Below are positions 9,248 through 18,673 of a stretch of 64,000 nt of DNA, piece by piece. The translations under genes were made by a program, and so were the position numbers. How positions within the stretch are numbered: position 1 is the stretch's first letter; every line of letters begins with the position of its first letter. The notes beneath the pieces are model-generated. The model saw only the letters and a list, made by a program, of their open reading frames with translations, did not search any database and had not been told where the DNA came from. The stretch covers positions 372,001 to 436,000 of the forward strand of contig CBDAVP010000016.1 of NCBI GenBank assembly GCA_965201075.1, written 5' to 3'. The DNA comes from Isosphaeraceae bacterium. Its GTDB lineage: Bacteria; Planctomycetota; Planctomycetia; Isosphaerales; Isosphaeraceae.

Positions 9248-9655
9248 TTATTGCCAGTCCTCAAGGATGAGTCCCGGTACGCGACGGAACTCGGAAGTAT
9301 TGTGAGTGACCAGGGTTGCTCCGGCTGCCAGGGCAACGGCGGCGATCATCAGGTCGTTCGGGCCGATGAGCGAACCGGAGATCGAAAGGTGAGCGCGGAG
9401 CTTGCCGTATTCCTCGGCCGCGGCGTCGTCGAATGGAATCGTCGAGAAGAGAGTCTGAAGACCAGCGATCCTGGCACGATTCGCCGCTTCGTGAAGCGGA
9501 CCGCCGCGGATGGCACCGAAGAGCAATTCGCCGAGGACGATGGAGCAGAGGTAGATACTCCCTGGCGGGGAGTCAAGGAGCTTGGTTGTGACCTTCGAGG
9601 AAGGTCCGCGGCGTAAGTGATCGACGAACGCGTTGGTGTCGAGCAGATACGTCAA
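9248..9655 (-). CDS. vapC: VapC-family PIN-domain ribonuclease toxin
   Basis: TYLLDTNAF, SIVLGELLFG, PFDDAAAEEYG, IGPNDLMIAAVAL, LVTHNTSEFRRVPGLILEDW; TTG start overlaps the upstream gene's TGA. Confidence 0.93.
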   Translation of the reverse strand: MTYLLDTNAFVDHLRRGPSSKVTTKLLDSPPGSIYLCSIVLGELLFGAIRGGPLHEAANRARIAGLQTLFSTIPFDDAAAEEYGKLRAHLSISGSLIGPNDLMIAAVALAAGATLVTHNTSEFRRVPGLILEDWQ

Positions 9656-9894
9656 GACAGGGGCTCCCTCTCCTCCAGTTCGCCCGGGGGGGGGAAACTC
9701 TCCCACTCACCTTGCCAGGTTCCCGCGGTCGCCAGGACGCCGGCTCGCCACTGCTCCGGGGTTAGCTCCCGCTTCGAGCCGAGGGGATCAATCGTCACCC
9801 GCACGTCCCGGTCTGCCTGGTCTTCACCCAAAGGGAGGTGGAGTTCCAGAACCCCACCCCGGCTCAGCCGATGCTCGATGACGATCCGTTGCAT
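9652..9894 (-). CDS. Putative VapB-type antitoxin
   Basis: 80-aa ORF (MQRIVIEHRLSRGGVLELHLPLG...AGTWQGE...LEEREPLS) directly upstream of vapC with 4-nt overlap; beta-rich N-terminus and acidic C-terminus. Confidence 0.8.
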   Translation of the reverse strand: MQRIVIEHRLSRGGVLELHLPLGEDQADRDVRVTIDPLGSKRELTPEQWRAGVLATAGTWQGEWESFPPPGELEEREPLS

Positions 9895-9910
9895 GAATGG
9901 GCTCTCCGAT

Positions 9911-9932
9911 CGGAGCTTCGACTCAAGCTCCG
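9911..9932. promoter_or_regulatory. Perfect 8-bp inverted repeat upstream of the antitoxin; candidate TA operator
   Basis: CGGAGCTT-cgactc-AAGCTCCG, 16 nt upstream of the antitoxin ATG. Confidence 0.45.
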
Positions 9933-10166
9933 TGATCCATTGGGAGTGCAAGGAGGCGTCCGACCCTCGCCGTATTCCAGCATCGCACCCCGGCGAGAAC
10001 AAGTTCAAGAGCCACCCTGTCGCCCCGGTGCTTGTCGATGGGGAGCCTTTCCGCCGAGTTGCCAACGGGCTCCCTCGTTCGTTAGGCACCCGCGATGTGG
10101 CCCATTTCCAAGGCCCGGCACCCGCGGCCCGGCCTGATCCTTGGTCCACCGGGCGTGGAGGTCCGC

Positions 10167-12860
10167 ATGGGAGACGACCTAACGATCAGTCCTTTGGGGA
10201 CGCTTCGGTTTCAGGAAGGGGCGATCGAGGGCCCGGATCGGCCACGCCGGAATGCCCTTCTTGACGCTTACGCGGAGAGCCCCGCGCGGGGGATGCTTGC
10301 CTCGGCCGGTGAGGGGGCCGAGGCGCCTTTGCCGCCGGCCTTTGAGTTCGCGCGGTCGATCGCCCGCCTTTACTTGACTCACCTTTGCAGGGCTGCCGTG
10401 GTGGGGCCGGGGGCAGCGATTCCCGAAGTTCCGCCCCCTGTGGACGAGCTTGAGCGTGCTGTCCTTCAGGCCCCGCCGATGAGCGGTGGGGAGTACCTGA
10501 ACGGGGAGGTTCTTGCCGGTTGGTGGCGCGAGCTGGACGCGTTGGCCCGCTCGGAGATTGCCCGGCATCCTGGGGGGGCGGAAGGCTATCTTCGGCAGCA
10601 TCATGCCCAGTGGCGGTATGTCGGTCGGGTGACGTTTCACCTTGCCGAGAACAAGCGCGATGCCGATTACCCCTTTGCCTTCCTGGCCACGTTCGCCAAC
10701 GGCCTGACCCCACAGGGAAAGGTCCGGCACGAGCCCCTGGGAAGGGCCCTTCAGCAGTTCGCCGGGGCGAAGAATCGCGAGGCGATGCTGAACCTGCTGC
10801 TGCCCGTTTCTCGCGCCGCCGAATCGTCGGAATGGGTGCGGGAGCTTGTGGATTCGGGGGAGATTTATCATCCCCTGGCTTGGCCCCCGGGGCAGGCGCA
10901 TGCGTTTCTGAAAACGATCCCCCTGCTCGAAGCGTCGGGGCTGATCGTGAGGGTTCCCGACTGGTGGCATGCCCGTAAACCCGCGAGGCCGATCGTCAGC
11001 GTCAAGGTTGACTCGAAGAAGGCCGCGGGTCTGAACGTCGAGGCGATCCTACAATTTTCGGTGGGGATGAGCCTTGATGGCGAGTCGCTCGACGCGGACG
11101 AGATGACCCAGCTGCTGGAATCGAGCGGCGGACTGGTTCCGTTGCGGGGCAAGTGGGTTGAGATTGACCCGGATCGGCTCAAGGAAGCGCTGGACCACTG
11201 GCAGGAGGTCGAGCGGGATGCCCGCGGGGAGGGGATTTCCTTTTTCGAGGGGATGCGGCTGCTCTCGGGCGCGCGACTTTCCCGGGACGACGAAGCCGGG
11301 GGTCCGGAGGCGATTCGCGAGTGGTCGGGCCTGACCGCCGGCCCGGGGCTGGAGTCGGTTCTGAATGCCCTGCGATCGCCCGAGAGCTTGCGAGAGGTGG
11401 CGCCGCCTGGCCTCAAGGCGGAACTTCGCCCCTACCAGCGGGTTGGCTATGCGTGGCTCCGCTTCGTGACCGGACTGGGGCTTGGTGCCTGCCTGGCCGA
11501 CGACATGGGTCTGGGGAAGACCGTCCAGGTGATCGCGCTGTTGCTGGACAAGCGACGGCAGGGTCGGGGGAAGGCGAGCTTGCTGGTCGTGCCGGCGTCG
11601 CTGATCGCCAACTGGAAGTCGGAGCTTTTGAAATTCGCCCCGAGCCTTTCTTGGGCGGTGGCCCATCCCTCGGGAGCGAACGCCAAGGGCCGGGAGGTTG
11701 GGCCCGACGACGCCAACTCGTTCGACCTGATCGTGACGACTTATGGAATGCTGGTGCGTTCGGCATGGATGGCGAGGCACCGCTGGCGGCTGGCGATTCT
11801 GGATGAGGCGCAGGCGATCAAGAACTCCGGCACTCGGCAGGCTCGCGCTGTCAAGGAACTGATCGCCGAGAGTCGGATCGCCATGACCGGCACGCCCGTC
11901 GAGAATCGCGTTTCCGACCTGTGGTCGCTGTTTGACTTCCTGAACCCGGGCCTACTGGGCACGGCGAAGCAGTTTTCCGGGTTCGTCAAGCGGTTGCAGT
12001 CGGCGGCCGACCCGTCGTTTGGGCCGCTGCGGAGCCTGGTGAGGCCCTACATCCTGCGACGGCTGAAGACCGACAAGCGGGTCATCTCCGACCTACCCGA
12101 CAAGATCGAGGTGAACGCTTACTGCTCCCTGAGCAAGACCCAGGCGGCCCTTTACCAGCATGCCGTGGACGAGCTTGCTCGCCATCTGGACTCGGCCGAA
12201 CCGGGGATGCAGCGTCGCGGGATCGTCCTGGCGCAGTTGATGAGGCTCAAGCAGATTTGCAACCACCCCGCCCAGGCGACCGGCACCCATGACTACTCGG
12301 TCGACCGCAGTGGGAAGTTCCGCCGGCTGGCCGAGATCGCCGAGGAGGTGGCCTCCCGCCAGGAGAAGGTTTTGATTTTCACGCAGTTCCGCGAGATCAC
12401 CGAGGCGCTGTCCACGTTCCTCGCCGGAATCTTCGGACGACCCGGGCTGGTGCTTCACGGCGGCACGACCGTCAAGCAGCGAAAGCCGCTGGTTGACCAG
12501 TTTCAAAGCGACGACGGCCCTCCCTTTTTCGTGCTGTCGCTGAAGGCTGGAGGGACTGGCCTGAATCTGACGGCGGCTTCTCATGTGATTCACTTCGACC
12601 GCTGGTGGAACCCGGCCATCGAGGACCAGGCGACCGATCGCGCCTTTCGCATTGGCCAGAAGAAGAATGTGCTGGTACACAAGTTCGTTTGTCGAGGGAC
12701 GGTCGAGGAGCGGATCGACGCGATGATCGCGAGCAAACGCCAGGTTTCGGGGGAGATTCTGGGTGGAGACGCCTCGGGCGATGCCTTGCTGACCGAGATG
12801 GATGACGCTACGCTGTTGAAGTTCGTGAAGTTGGATCTCTCCCAGGCGGTCGACGGCTGA
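10167..12860 (+). CDS. SNF2-family (Swi2/Snf2) DNA-dependent ATPase/translocase
   Basis: LRPYQ, LADDMGLGKT, DEAQAIKN, TGTPVEN, LRRLK, KQICNHP, IFTQF, SLKAGGTGLNLTAASHVIHFDRWWNPAIEDQATDRAFRIGQ; GGAGG SD before ATG 10167. Confidence 0.95.
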   Translation: MGDDLTISPLGTLRFQEGAIEGPDRPRRNALLDAYAESPARGMLASAGEGAEAPLPPAFEFARSIARLYLTHLCRAAVVGPGAAIPEVPPPVDELERAVLQAPPMSGGEYLNGEVLAGWWRELDALARSEIARHPGGAEGYLRQHHAQWRYVGRVTFHLAENKRDADYPFAFLATFANGLTPQGKVRHEPLGRALQQFAGAKNREAMLNLLLPVSRAAESSEWVRELVDSGEIYHPLAWPPGQAHAFLKTIPLLEASGLIVRVPDWWHARKPARPIVSVKVDSKKAAGLNVEAILQFSVGMSLDGESLDADEMTQLLESSGGLVPLRGKWVEIDPDRLKEALDHWQEVERDARGEGISFFEGMRLLSGARLSRDDEAGGPEAIREWSGLTAGPGLESVLNALRSPESLREVAPPGLKAELRPYQRVGYAWLRFVTGLGLGACLADDMGLGKTVQVIALLLDKRRQGRGKASLLVVPASLIANWKSELLKFAPSLSWAVAHPSGANAKGREVGPDDANSFDLIVTTYGMLVRSAWMARHRWRLAILDEAQAIKNSGTRQARAVKELIAESRIAMTGTPVENRVSDLWSLFDFLNPGLLGTAKQFSGFVKRLQSAADPSFGPLRSLVRPYILRRLKTDKRVISDLPDKIEVNAYCSLSKTQAALYQHAVDELARHLDSAEPGMQRRGIVLAQLMRLKQICNHPAQATGTHDYSVDRSGKFRRLAEIAEEVASRQEKVLIFTQFREITEALSTFLAGIFGRPGLVLHGGTTVKQRKPLVDQFQSDDGPPFFVLSLKAGGTGLNLTAASHVIHFDRWWNPAIEDQATDRAFRIGQKKNVLVHKFVCRGTVEERIDAMIASKRQVSGEILGGDASGDALLTEMDDATLLKFVKLDLSQAVDG

Positions 12861-12889
12861 AAAGACGCTCACGAGTCGGGGCGCGATTG

Positions 12890-14074
12890 ATGGGTTGGTA
12901 CGATTACAAGCCGTACGTCTCGGTGGCCCAGCGTCGAGCCCAGGCCGCCCGGGAAGTCACGAAGCGTCGCAAGGCGGGCCAGCGGCTCTCTCCGGTCGAA
13001 GTGGAGGGCCGCGAGATCGCCTTGACCTTCTGGGGCCGCGGGTGGTGCACACACCTGGAGAGTTACAGCGACTATGCCAACCGGCTGGGCCGGGGCCGTA
13101 GCTACGTCCGGAATGGCTCGGTCATTGACCTGAAAATCGGCAAGGGGCGGATCGACGCGATTGTCAGCGGTTCGGACCTCTACGAGATCCGGATCGACAT
13201 CGCCCCGCTGCCGGCGGCACACTGGCGGACGCTCAAGGCGCGGTGCGCGGGTCAGATCGGCTCGCTGGTCGAGTTACTGCAAGGGAAGTTGTCCAAGGCG
13301 GTGATGGAGCGGGTGACGGATCGGACCCAGGGTTTGTTCCCCAAGCCCTCGGAGATTGCGATGAGGTGCAACTGCCCGGACTACGCCGGGATGTGCAAGC
13401 ACCTGGCCGCGGTGTTGTATGGCGTTGGCAACCGCCTTGATTTGTCTCCGGAGTTGCTGTTCCTGCTGAGGGGCGTCGATCACGGGGAGTTGCTGGCGCA
13501 GGCGATTCCCTCGGCGACCCCGAGCCAGGGCACCCGTGGCACTCCGACGATCGCTTCGGGAGACCTGGACGACATCTTCGGCATCGAGGTCGAGGGGACG
13601 TTGGACGGGAAATCGCGAGCCGCGACTCCCAAGAAATCCGTCGCGAAAGCGGCGCCAATCGCTCCTCGCGAACGCTCCTCGAAGAAACCCTCGACCGCCT
13701 CGACACGCAAGACATCGGTCGTGAAATCGGCCAAGAAAGCGACCCCAAACGCGACCCCGCAACCTTCGACGGCCTCGACGCGTAAGACGACGGTTGTGAA
13801 GTCGTCTGGGAACGTTCCCACGAAAGCGTCGACGGTCTCGACGCACAAGACGCCGGTCGTAAAGTCGACTGGGAAAGAGACTACGAAATCGTTGACGCCC
13901 TCGACGCTCAAGACGCCGGTCGTGAAATCGGCCGCCAAAGTGACCCCGAACCCTTCGACGGCTTCCCGTCGCAAGACGACGGTCGTGAAGGTGTCTGGGA
14001 AAGCGACACCCGCCGCCAGGCGAGGCTCGGCCAAGCGGAAGGCTGGGTCGGGAGCCGCGCGCGATTTGGGTTAG
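12890..14074 (+). CDS. SWIM zinc-finger protein with Lys/Ser/Thr-rich repetitive C-terminal tail
   Basis: RLGRGRSYVRNGSV, CNCPDYAGMCKHLAAVLY (SWIM CxC-xn-CxH), PELLFLLRG; 29 nt downstream of the SNF2 stop. Confidence 0.92.
   Translation: MGWYDYKPYVSVAQRRAQAAREVTKRRKAGQRLSPVEVEGREIALTFWGRGWCTHLESYSDYANRLGRGRSYVRNGSVIDLKIGKGRIDAIVSGSDLYEIRIDIAPLPAAHWRTLKARCAGQIGSLVELLQGKLSKAVMERVTDRTQGLFPKPSEIAMRCNCPDYAGMCKHLAAVLYGVGNRLDLSPELLFLLRGVDHGELLAQAIPSATPSQGTRGTPTIASGDLDDIFGIEVEGTLDGKSRAATPKKSVAKAAPIAPRERSSKKPSTASTRKTSVVKSAKKATPNATPQPSTASTRKTTVVKSSGNVPTKASTVSTHKTPVVKSTGKETTKSLTPSTLKTPVVKSAAKVTPNPSTASRRKTTVVKVSGKATPAARRGSAKRKAGSGAARDLG
13688..14014 (+). repeat. Five degenerate ~63-bp (21-aa) tandem repeats, core S(T/R)xKTxVVK
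   Basis: PSTASTRKTSVVKSAKKATPNATPQ / PSTASTRKTTVVKSSGNVPTK / ASTVSTHKTPVVKSTGKETTK / SLTPSTLKTPVVKSAAKVTPN / PSTASRRKTTVVKVSGKATPA. Confidence 0.9.
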
Positions 14075-14094
14075 TTCGTGGTTGGGGGATCCAG

Positions 14095-14126
14095 TCGGAA
14101 CTTCTCATCTCCTTGAGAATTTCCGA
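14095..14126. promoter_or_regulatory. 13-bp imperfect inverted repeat between the SWIM gene and uvrA (hairpin or operator)
   Basis: TCGGAACTTCTCA-tctcct-TGAGAATTTCCGA, one mismatch. Confidence 0.45.
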
Positions 14127-14161
14127 TGGTCCACGCAATCCGTTGGGCGGAGCCTGACCGC

Positions 14162-16960
14162 ATGGCGACCCCCACGGCCCGGCATGCGATTCTCAGAGGG
14201 GTGCGGGTCCACAACCTCAAGGGAGTGGATCTCGACCTGCCGCTGGGGAAGCTGGTCGCCATCACCGGCGTGAGCGGGTCGGGCAAAAGCTCGCTGGCTT
14301 TTGACACCCTGTATGCCGAGGGGCAGAGGCGGTATGTCGAGACCTTCTCGGCCTATTCCCGGCAGTTTCTGGAGACGCTGGACAAGCCCGACGCCGACCG
14401 GATTGACGGCATTCCGCCGGCGCTTGCGGTGGCTCAGGGGGGGGCCCGGCGGTCGGGCCGGAGCACGGTTGGGACCGTGACCGAGGTCCAGGATTATCTG
14501 GGCTTGCTGTTCGCCCGCCTGGGAATCGTCACCTGCCGGAATTGCGGCCAAGAGGTCCGCCCCGCCGACCCTGGGGCCGTCGTCGAGGGGATCGCCACCC
14601 TGCCGGAAGGGACTCGCTACCTCATCGCCTTCCCGATGGAGATGGGAACCGATGCCGACCGCCAAGATCTGGCCGAGGCTTTGCGCGCCGAGGGATTCTT
14701 GAGGATTCGGGTGGATGGCCAGGTCTCGACCCTGGACGCCGGACCGATCCCGGAGCCCGCTGACGGCGTGGTGGAAGTGGTCGTGGATCGGTTGGTCCGA
14801 GGGACGGAAGACGCGGGGCGTCGAAATGACTCGATTGAGACGGCCTTTGCGAGAGGGAGGGGTCGGTGCCGGATCGTTCCGGAGGGGTCGGAACCTCGGA
14901 CCTTCGACCGGGGCTGGCGTTGTTCGTTTTGCGGGACCGAGGCGACGGAACCTGAGCCTCGACTGTTCCAGTTCAACAGCCCGGTGGGCGCCTGTCCGTC
15001 CTGCGAGGGGTTTGGACGGATTATCGACCTGGAGCTGTCGCGGATCGTTCCCGACCCGACCAAGAGTCTGAAAGCGGGCGCGATTGCCCCCTGGTCGACT
15101 CCAGCTTATGTGGGCTGGAATCGCGAGTTGCTCAAGATGGCTCGAAAGCTGGACGTCGCCGTGGACGTTCCATTTGCCGAGCTAACGCCCGAGCAGACGC
15201 AACGGGTGGTGGAAGGGGGATCGGGCTTTCCGGGACTGCGGGGATTCTTTCGGGCGTTGGAATCCAAAACATACAAGGTCCAGGTGCGGGTGTTCCTGGC
15301 TCGTTGGCGAGGGTATCGGACCTGCCCGGCCTGTGAAGGGGCGAGGTTGCGACCGGAGGCGCTGGCGGTGACGTTTGGCGGCCGGAACATCGCCGAGGTT
15401 TCGGCGCTAACCATCCGCGAGGCGAGCCAATTCCTGGTGGAAGCGGGTTTGGACGTGGATCCAGGGTTGACGAGGCGGGTGCTTGACCCGATCCGGGCCC
15501 GCCTGGGTTATCTGGACCGGATTGGCCTGGGATACCTGACGCTGGACCGCCAGGCGCGGACGCTTTCGGGCGGCGAGGCTCAGCGGGTCTCGTTGACGAC
15601 GGCGCTGGGGTCGGGCTTGGTCAACACGCTTTATGTCCTGGACGAGCCGACGACTGGGCTGCATCCGCGAGACGTGGGCCGGTTGGTCGAGGTTGTGGAG
15701 GGCCTGCGAGACGCGGGCAACTCGGTGGTGGCGGTCGAGCACGACCCGGCCGTGATGAGGGCGGCCGACTGGTTGGTGGATGTTGGGCCAGGAGCTGGCG
15801 AGGCGGGGGGTCGGGTGCTTTACGCGGGATCGCCGGACGGGGTCGAGGCGGTGGCGGACTCGGCCACGGGCGCGTTTCTGTCGGGTCGAACGCGGGCGGT
15901 GGTGCCGAGCAGTCGCAAGGCCGCGGGGTCGGGTTGGATTCGGCTCAAGGGGGCGAGGGGGCATAATCTCAAGGAGGTGAATGCCGAGTTTCCGGTGGGT
16001 TTGCTGTGCGCGTTGACGGGGGTGAGCGGGTCGGGCAAGAGCACTCTCGTCGAGGAGACATTGTATCCCGTCCTGTCGCGCCACCTCCGGGGTGAGGCTC
16101 TGCCTGCCGAGCCGTTCGAGGGGCTGGAGGTTCCGGAGGGGATCGGCGACGTCCTGCTGGTCGACCAGTCGCCGCTGGGGCGGTCGGGGCGGTCGAATCC
16201 GGTGACTTACCTCAAGGCGTTCGACGAGATCCGCAAGGCGTTCGCGGAGACTCATGAGGCCAAGGCCCGAAAGTATGGCCCTGGGACGTTCAGCTTCAAC
16301 GTCGAGGGGGGGCGTTGCTCGGCCTGCGAGGGGAACGGGTTCCGGGTGGTGGACATGCACTTCCTGCCCGACGTGATGGTCCGCTGCCCGGAGTGCCGGG
16401 GGACTCGCTATCGGCCCGAGGTGCTGGAGGTGACGTATCGAGGGAAGTCGATCGCCGAGGTGCTGGAGTTGACGGCCCGAGAGGCGTTCGGCTTCTTCCG
16501 GTCCCGGCCCAAGGTGCAGAGCCGCCTGCGACCGCTGCTTGACGTGGGGCTGGATTACCTGAGGCTGGGTCAACCGGCTTCGACCCTTTCGGGCGGCGAG
16601 GCGCAACGGTTGAAGCTGGCCGGCTCGCTGGCGGGGTCGGCCGCGGCGATCACCCGGCAGGCCTCGGGTCCCAAGACCGTTTTCCTGCTCGATGAGCCGA
16701 CCACCGGGCTGCATCCGGCGGATACCCTCAAACTGATGGAGGTTTTCCGATCGCTGGCGGACCTGGGTCATACGGTGATTGTCGTGGAGCACGATATGGA
16801 CGTTGTCGCCTGCGCGGACTGGGTGATCGACCTGGGTCCCGAGGCGGGCGAGGCTGGGGGATGGATCGTGGCGGCGGGGACGCCCGAGGCCGTGGCCCGG
16901 GTTGATTCGCCGACGGGTCGCGTTTTGGCGGAGGTTTTGCGGGTGGAGGCACCGAGTTGA
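14162..16960 (+). CDS. uvrA: Excinuclease ABC subunit A
   Basis: VHNLK, two GVSGSGKS Walker A motifs, [29 protein letters not shown], two LSGGEAQR signatures, LDEPTTGLH, zinc fingers, UvrB-binding insert. Confidence 0.96.
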   Translation: MATPTARHAILRGVRVHNLKGVDLDLPLGKLVAITGVSGSGKSSLAFDTLYAEGQRRYVETFSAYSRQFLETLDKPDADRIDGIPPALAVAQGGARRSGRSTVGTVTEVQDYLGLLFARLGIVTCRNCGQEVRPADPGAVVEGIATLPEGTRYLIAFPMEMGTDADRQDLAEALRAEGFLRIRVDGQVSTLDAGPIPEPADGVVEVVVDRLVRGTEDAGRRNDSIETAFARGRGRCRIVPEGSEPRTFDRGWRCSFCGTEATEPEPRLFQFNSPVGACPSCEGFGRIIDLELSRIVPDPTKSLKAGAIAPWSTPAYVGWNRELLKMARKLDVAVDVPFAELTPEQTQRVVEGGSGFPGLRGFFRALESKTYKVQVRVFLARWRGYRTCPACEGARLRPEALAVTFGGRNIAEVSALTIREASQFLVEAGLDVDPGLTRRVLDPIRARLGYLDRIGLGYLTLDRQARTLSGGEAQRVSLTTALGSGLVNTLYVLDEPTTGLHPRDVGRLVEVVEGLRDAGNSVVAVEHDPAVMRAADWLVDVGPGAGEAGGRVLYAGSPDGVEAVADSATGAFLSGRTRAVVPSSRKAAGSGWIRLKGARGHNLKEVNAEFPVGLLCALTGVSGSGKSTLVEETLYPVLSRHLRGEALPAEPFEGLEVPEGIGDVLLVDQSPLGRSGRSNPVTYLKAFDEIRKAFAETHEAKARKYGPGTFSFNVEGGRCSACEGNGFRVVDMHFLPDVMVRCPECRGTRYRPEVLEVTYRGKSIAEVLELTAREAFGFFRSRPKVQSRLRPLLDVGLDYLRLGQPASTLSGGEAQRLKLAGSLAGSAAAITRQASGPKTVFLLDEPTTGLHPADTLKLMEVFRSLADLGHTVIVVEHDMDVVACADWVIDLGPEAGEAGGWIVAAGTPEAVARVDSPTGRVLAEVLRVEAPS

Positions 16961-17027
16961 GGTTTCGCCGCGTGTCTACAATGGGACGCGAATCCAAGGG
17001 GGAAACCACGGCTCGGAGGCTGGCTTG

Positions 17028-18554
17028 ATGGATGGGGTTGAGGGGCGTTTGTCAGCAGTTGGGGGACGGTGGGTCGTCACCTCGGCCTTGCTGGCGGCGA
17101 TGGCCGTCGCGGCTCTCGAACAGACGGTGGTCTCCACGGCGATTCCCAGCATCATCGCCCAGCTCAAGGGGTTCGACTCGTATCCCTGGGTGATGTCGGC
17201 CTACCTGCTGACCCAGACCGTTTCGACGCCACTCTACGGCAAACTGGCCGACGTTCTGGGTCGAAAGCACGTGTTGCTGTTTGGGCTGGCGTTGTTTGGG
17301 TTGGGTTCGATGCTGTCGGGCCTGGCGTGGTCGATGGGGGCCTTGATCGCGGCGCGGGCGATTCAGGGGCTTGGGGCCGGGGCGGTGATGCCGGTGGTCT
17401 TGACGATGCTGGGCGACCTGTACTCGCTGGAAGAACGGGCGAAGGTCCAGGGGTGGTTCAGCGGGGTGTGGGGGGTGTCGAGCCTGGCCGGGCCGTTGGT
17501 GGGCGGGGCGTTGACGGACTTGCTCTCGTGGCGGTGGGTGTTCTTCGTCACGGTGCCGTTCGCCGTGCTGGCCGCCTGGATTTTGTGGACCAGGGTGCGG
17601 GAGCGAGTCGAAGCGCGGGAGGTCTCGATGGACTGGGCGGGCGGTATGTGCATGATTGTCGGCGCGACGGCCCTGTTGCTGGCCGTTCGGCCTGGTTCGA
17701 GCCCAAATGTTCTCCTGCTGGGCGTGGCGGGGGTGGGAGCGATTGGGGTTTTGCTTCGTGCTCGGTGGGCGTCGGACCCGGTCCTGCCGTTGGACCTGCT
17801 GGCCCGCCCCGAGGTGGCCGGGGCGATGATTGGCGGGTTCATGCTGGGCGGGCTGTTGGTGGGGCTGGATACCTACCTGCCGCTGTTCGTGCAGGGGGTG
17901 CGGGGCGGGACCGCGACGGAGGCGGGGCGGACCTTGACGCCCTTGTTCCTGTCGTGGTCGTTCAGCGTGGCAGTGGCGGCGCGGGTCGTCGTGCGGTTCG
18001 GCTTTCGAGTGACGGCGCTTGTGGGGGCGATTTTGGTGGCCTCGGGCATGGTCGTGTTGACGAGGGCCCTGGGTTCTCCGGCGAGTTCCGGTCCGTGGAT
18101 CGTCGGGAGTTTGCTCGTCATGGGGCTGGGGATGGGGCCGACGATGTTGAGCTATACCCTGGGTGTCCAGAACGCCGTGGCCTGGGAACGTCGGGGGGTG
18201 GCGACCGGGGCCTTGTTGTTCTTCCGGACATTGGGCGGGGCGCTGGGGGTTAGTGGGCTGTTCGTGATGCTGGAGGCGGGGCTGTCTCGACGGCTCCGGG
18301 AGGCGGGGAGCCTGGGAATTGATGTGGCCTCGGCCTTGAGGCCGGAGACTCATGCGCTGCTGTCGGCCGAGCAGTTGCGGGTGGTCCGCTCGGCGCTGGC
18401 GGGGCCGCTGGTGCAGGTGTTCTGGGTGATGACCGGGGCGGTTGGGATTGCGTTGGCTTGCGGTTTTTTGCTGAGGGGTGGGCGGGCCGTTTCGCGACCG
18501 GCTTCCTCGAAGTTGGCCGAGGAGCTGCAAGTGCTTGCCTCGGCGGAACCGTGA
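17028..18554 (+). CDS. MFS multidrug transporter (DHA2/14-TM type)
   Basis: ALEQTVVSTAIP, YGKLADVLGRK, RAIQGLGAG, GPLVGGALTDLLSWRWVFF. Confidence 0.92.
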   Translation: MDGVEGRLSAVGGRWVVTSALLAAMAVAALEQTVVSTAIPSIIAQLKGFDSYPWVMSAYLLTQTVSTPLYGKLADVLGRKHVLLFGLALFGLGSMLSGLAWSMGALIAARAIQGLGAGAVMPVVLTMLGDLYSLEERAKVQGWFSGVWGVSSLAGPLVGGALTDLLSWRWVFFVTVPFAVLAAWILWTRVRERVEAREVSMDWAGGMCMIVGATALLLAVRPGSSPNVLLLGVAGVGAIGVLLRARWASDPVLPLDLLARPEVAGAMIGGFMLGGLLVGLDTYLPLFVQGVRGGTATEAGRTLTPLFLSWSFSVAVAARVVVRFGFRVTALVGAILVASGMVVLTRALGSPASSGPWIVGSLLVMGLGMGPTMLSYTLGVQNAVAWERRGVATGALLFFRTLGGALGVSGLFVMLEAGLSRRLREAGSLGIDVASALRPETHALLSAEQLRVVRSALAGPLVQVFWVMTGAVGIALACGFLLRGGRAVSRPASSKLAEELQVLASAEP

Positions 18555-18673
18555 ACGGCTCGCCCGGATGCCGAGCGAGTCGGTTGGCCGAGGCACGTTC
18601 CTTCCGTCCCCCTTCCACGTCCCTATAGTATATAAGGTAGGGCCGGACCCGTTTCGGAGAGGATGACGCCGAT

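Noticed and set aside
13688..14014. Possible CRISPR-like or non-coding repeat array
   Set aside because: Repeats are degenerate, in-frame multiples of 3 inside a CDS, with no unique spacers and no cas genes; no CRISPR array seen anywhere in the window
9173..14160. Integrated element (attL/attR) at tRNA-Pro
   Set aside because: No integrase, and I found no duplicate of the tRNA 3' end near the SWIM/uvrA junction; island status cannot be claimed from the sequence alone
18621..18642. CCCTA-tagtatataagg-TAGGG upstream of nadA as an NrtR/NiaR operator
   Set aside because: Only 5-bp arms and no GT-N7-AC core; adequately explained as an AT-rich -10 region
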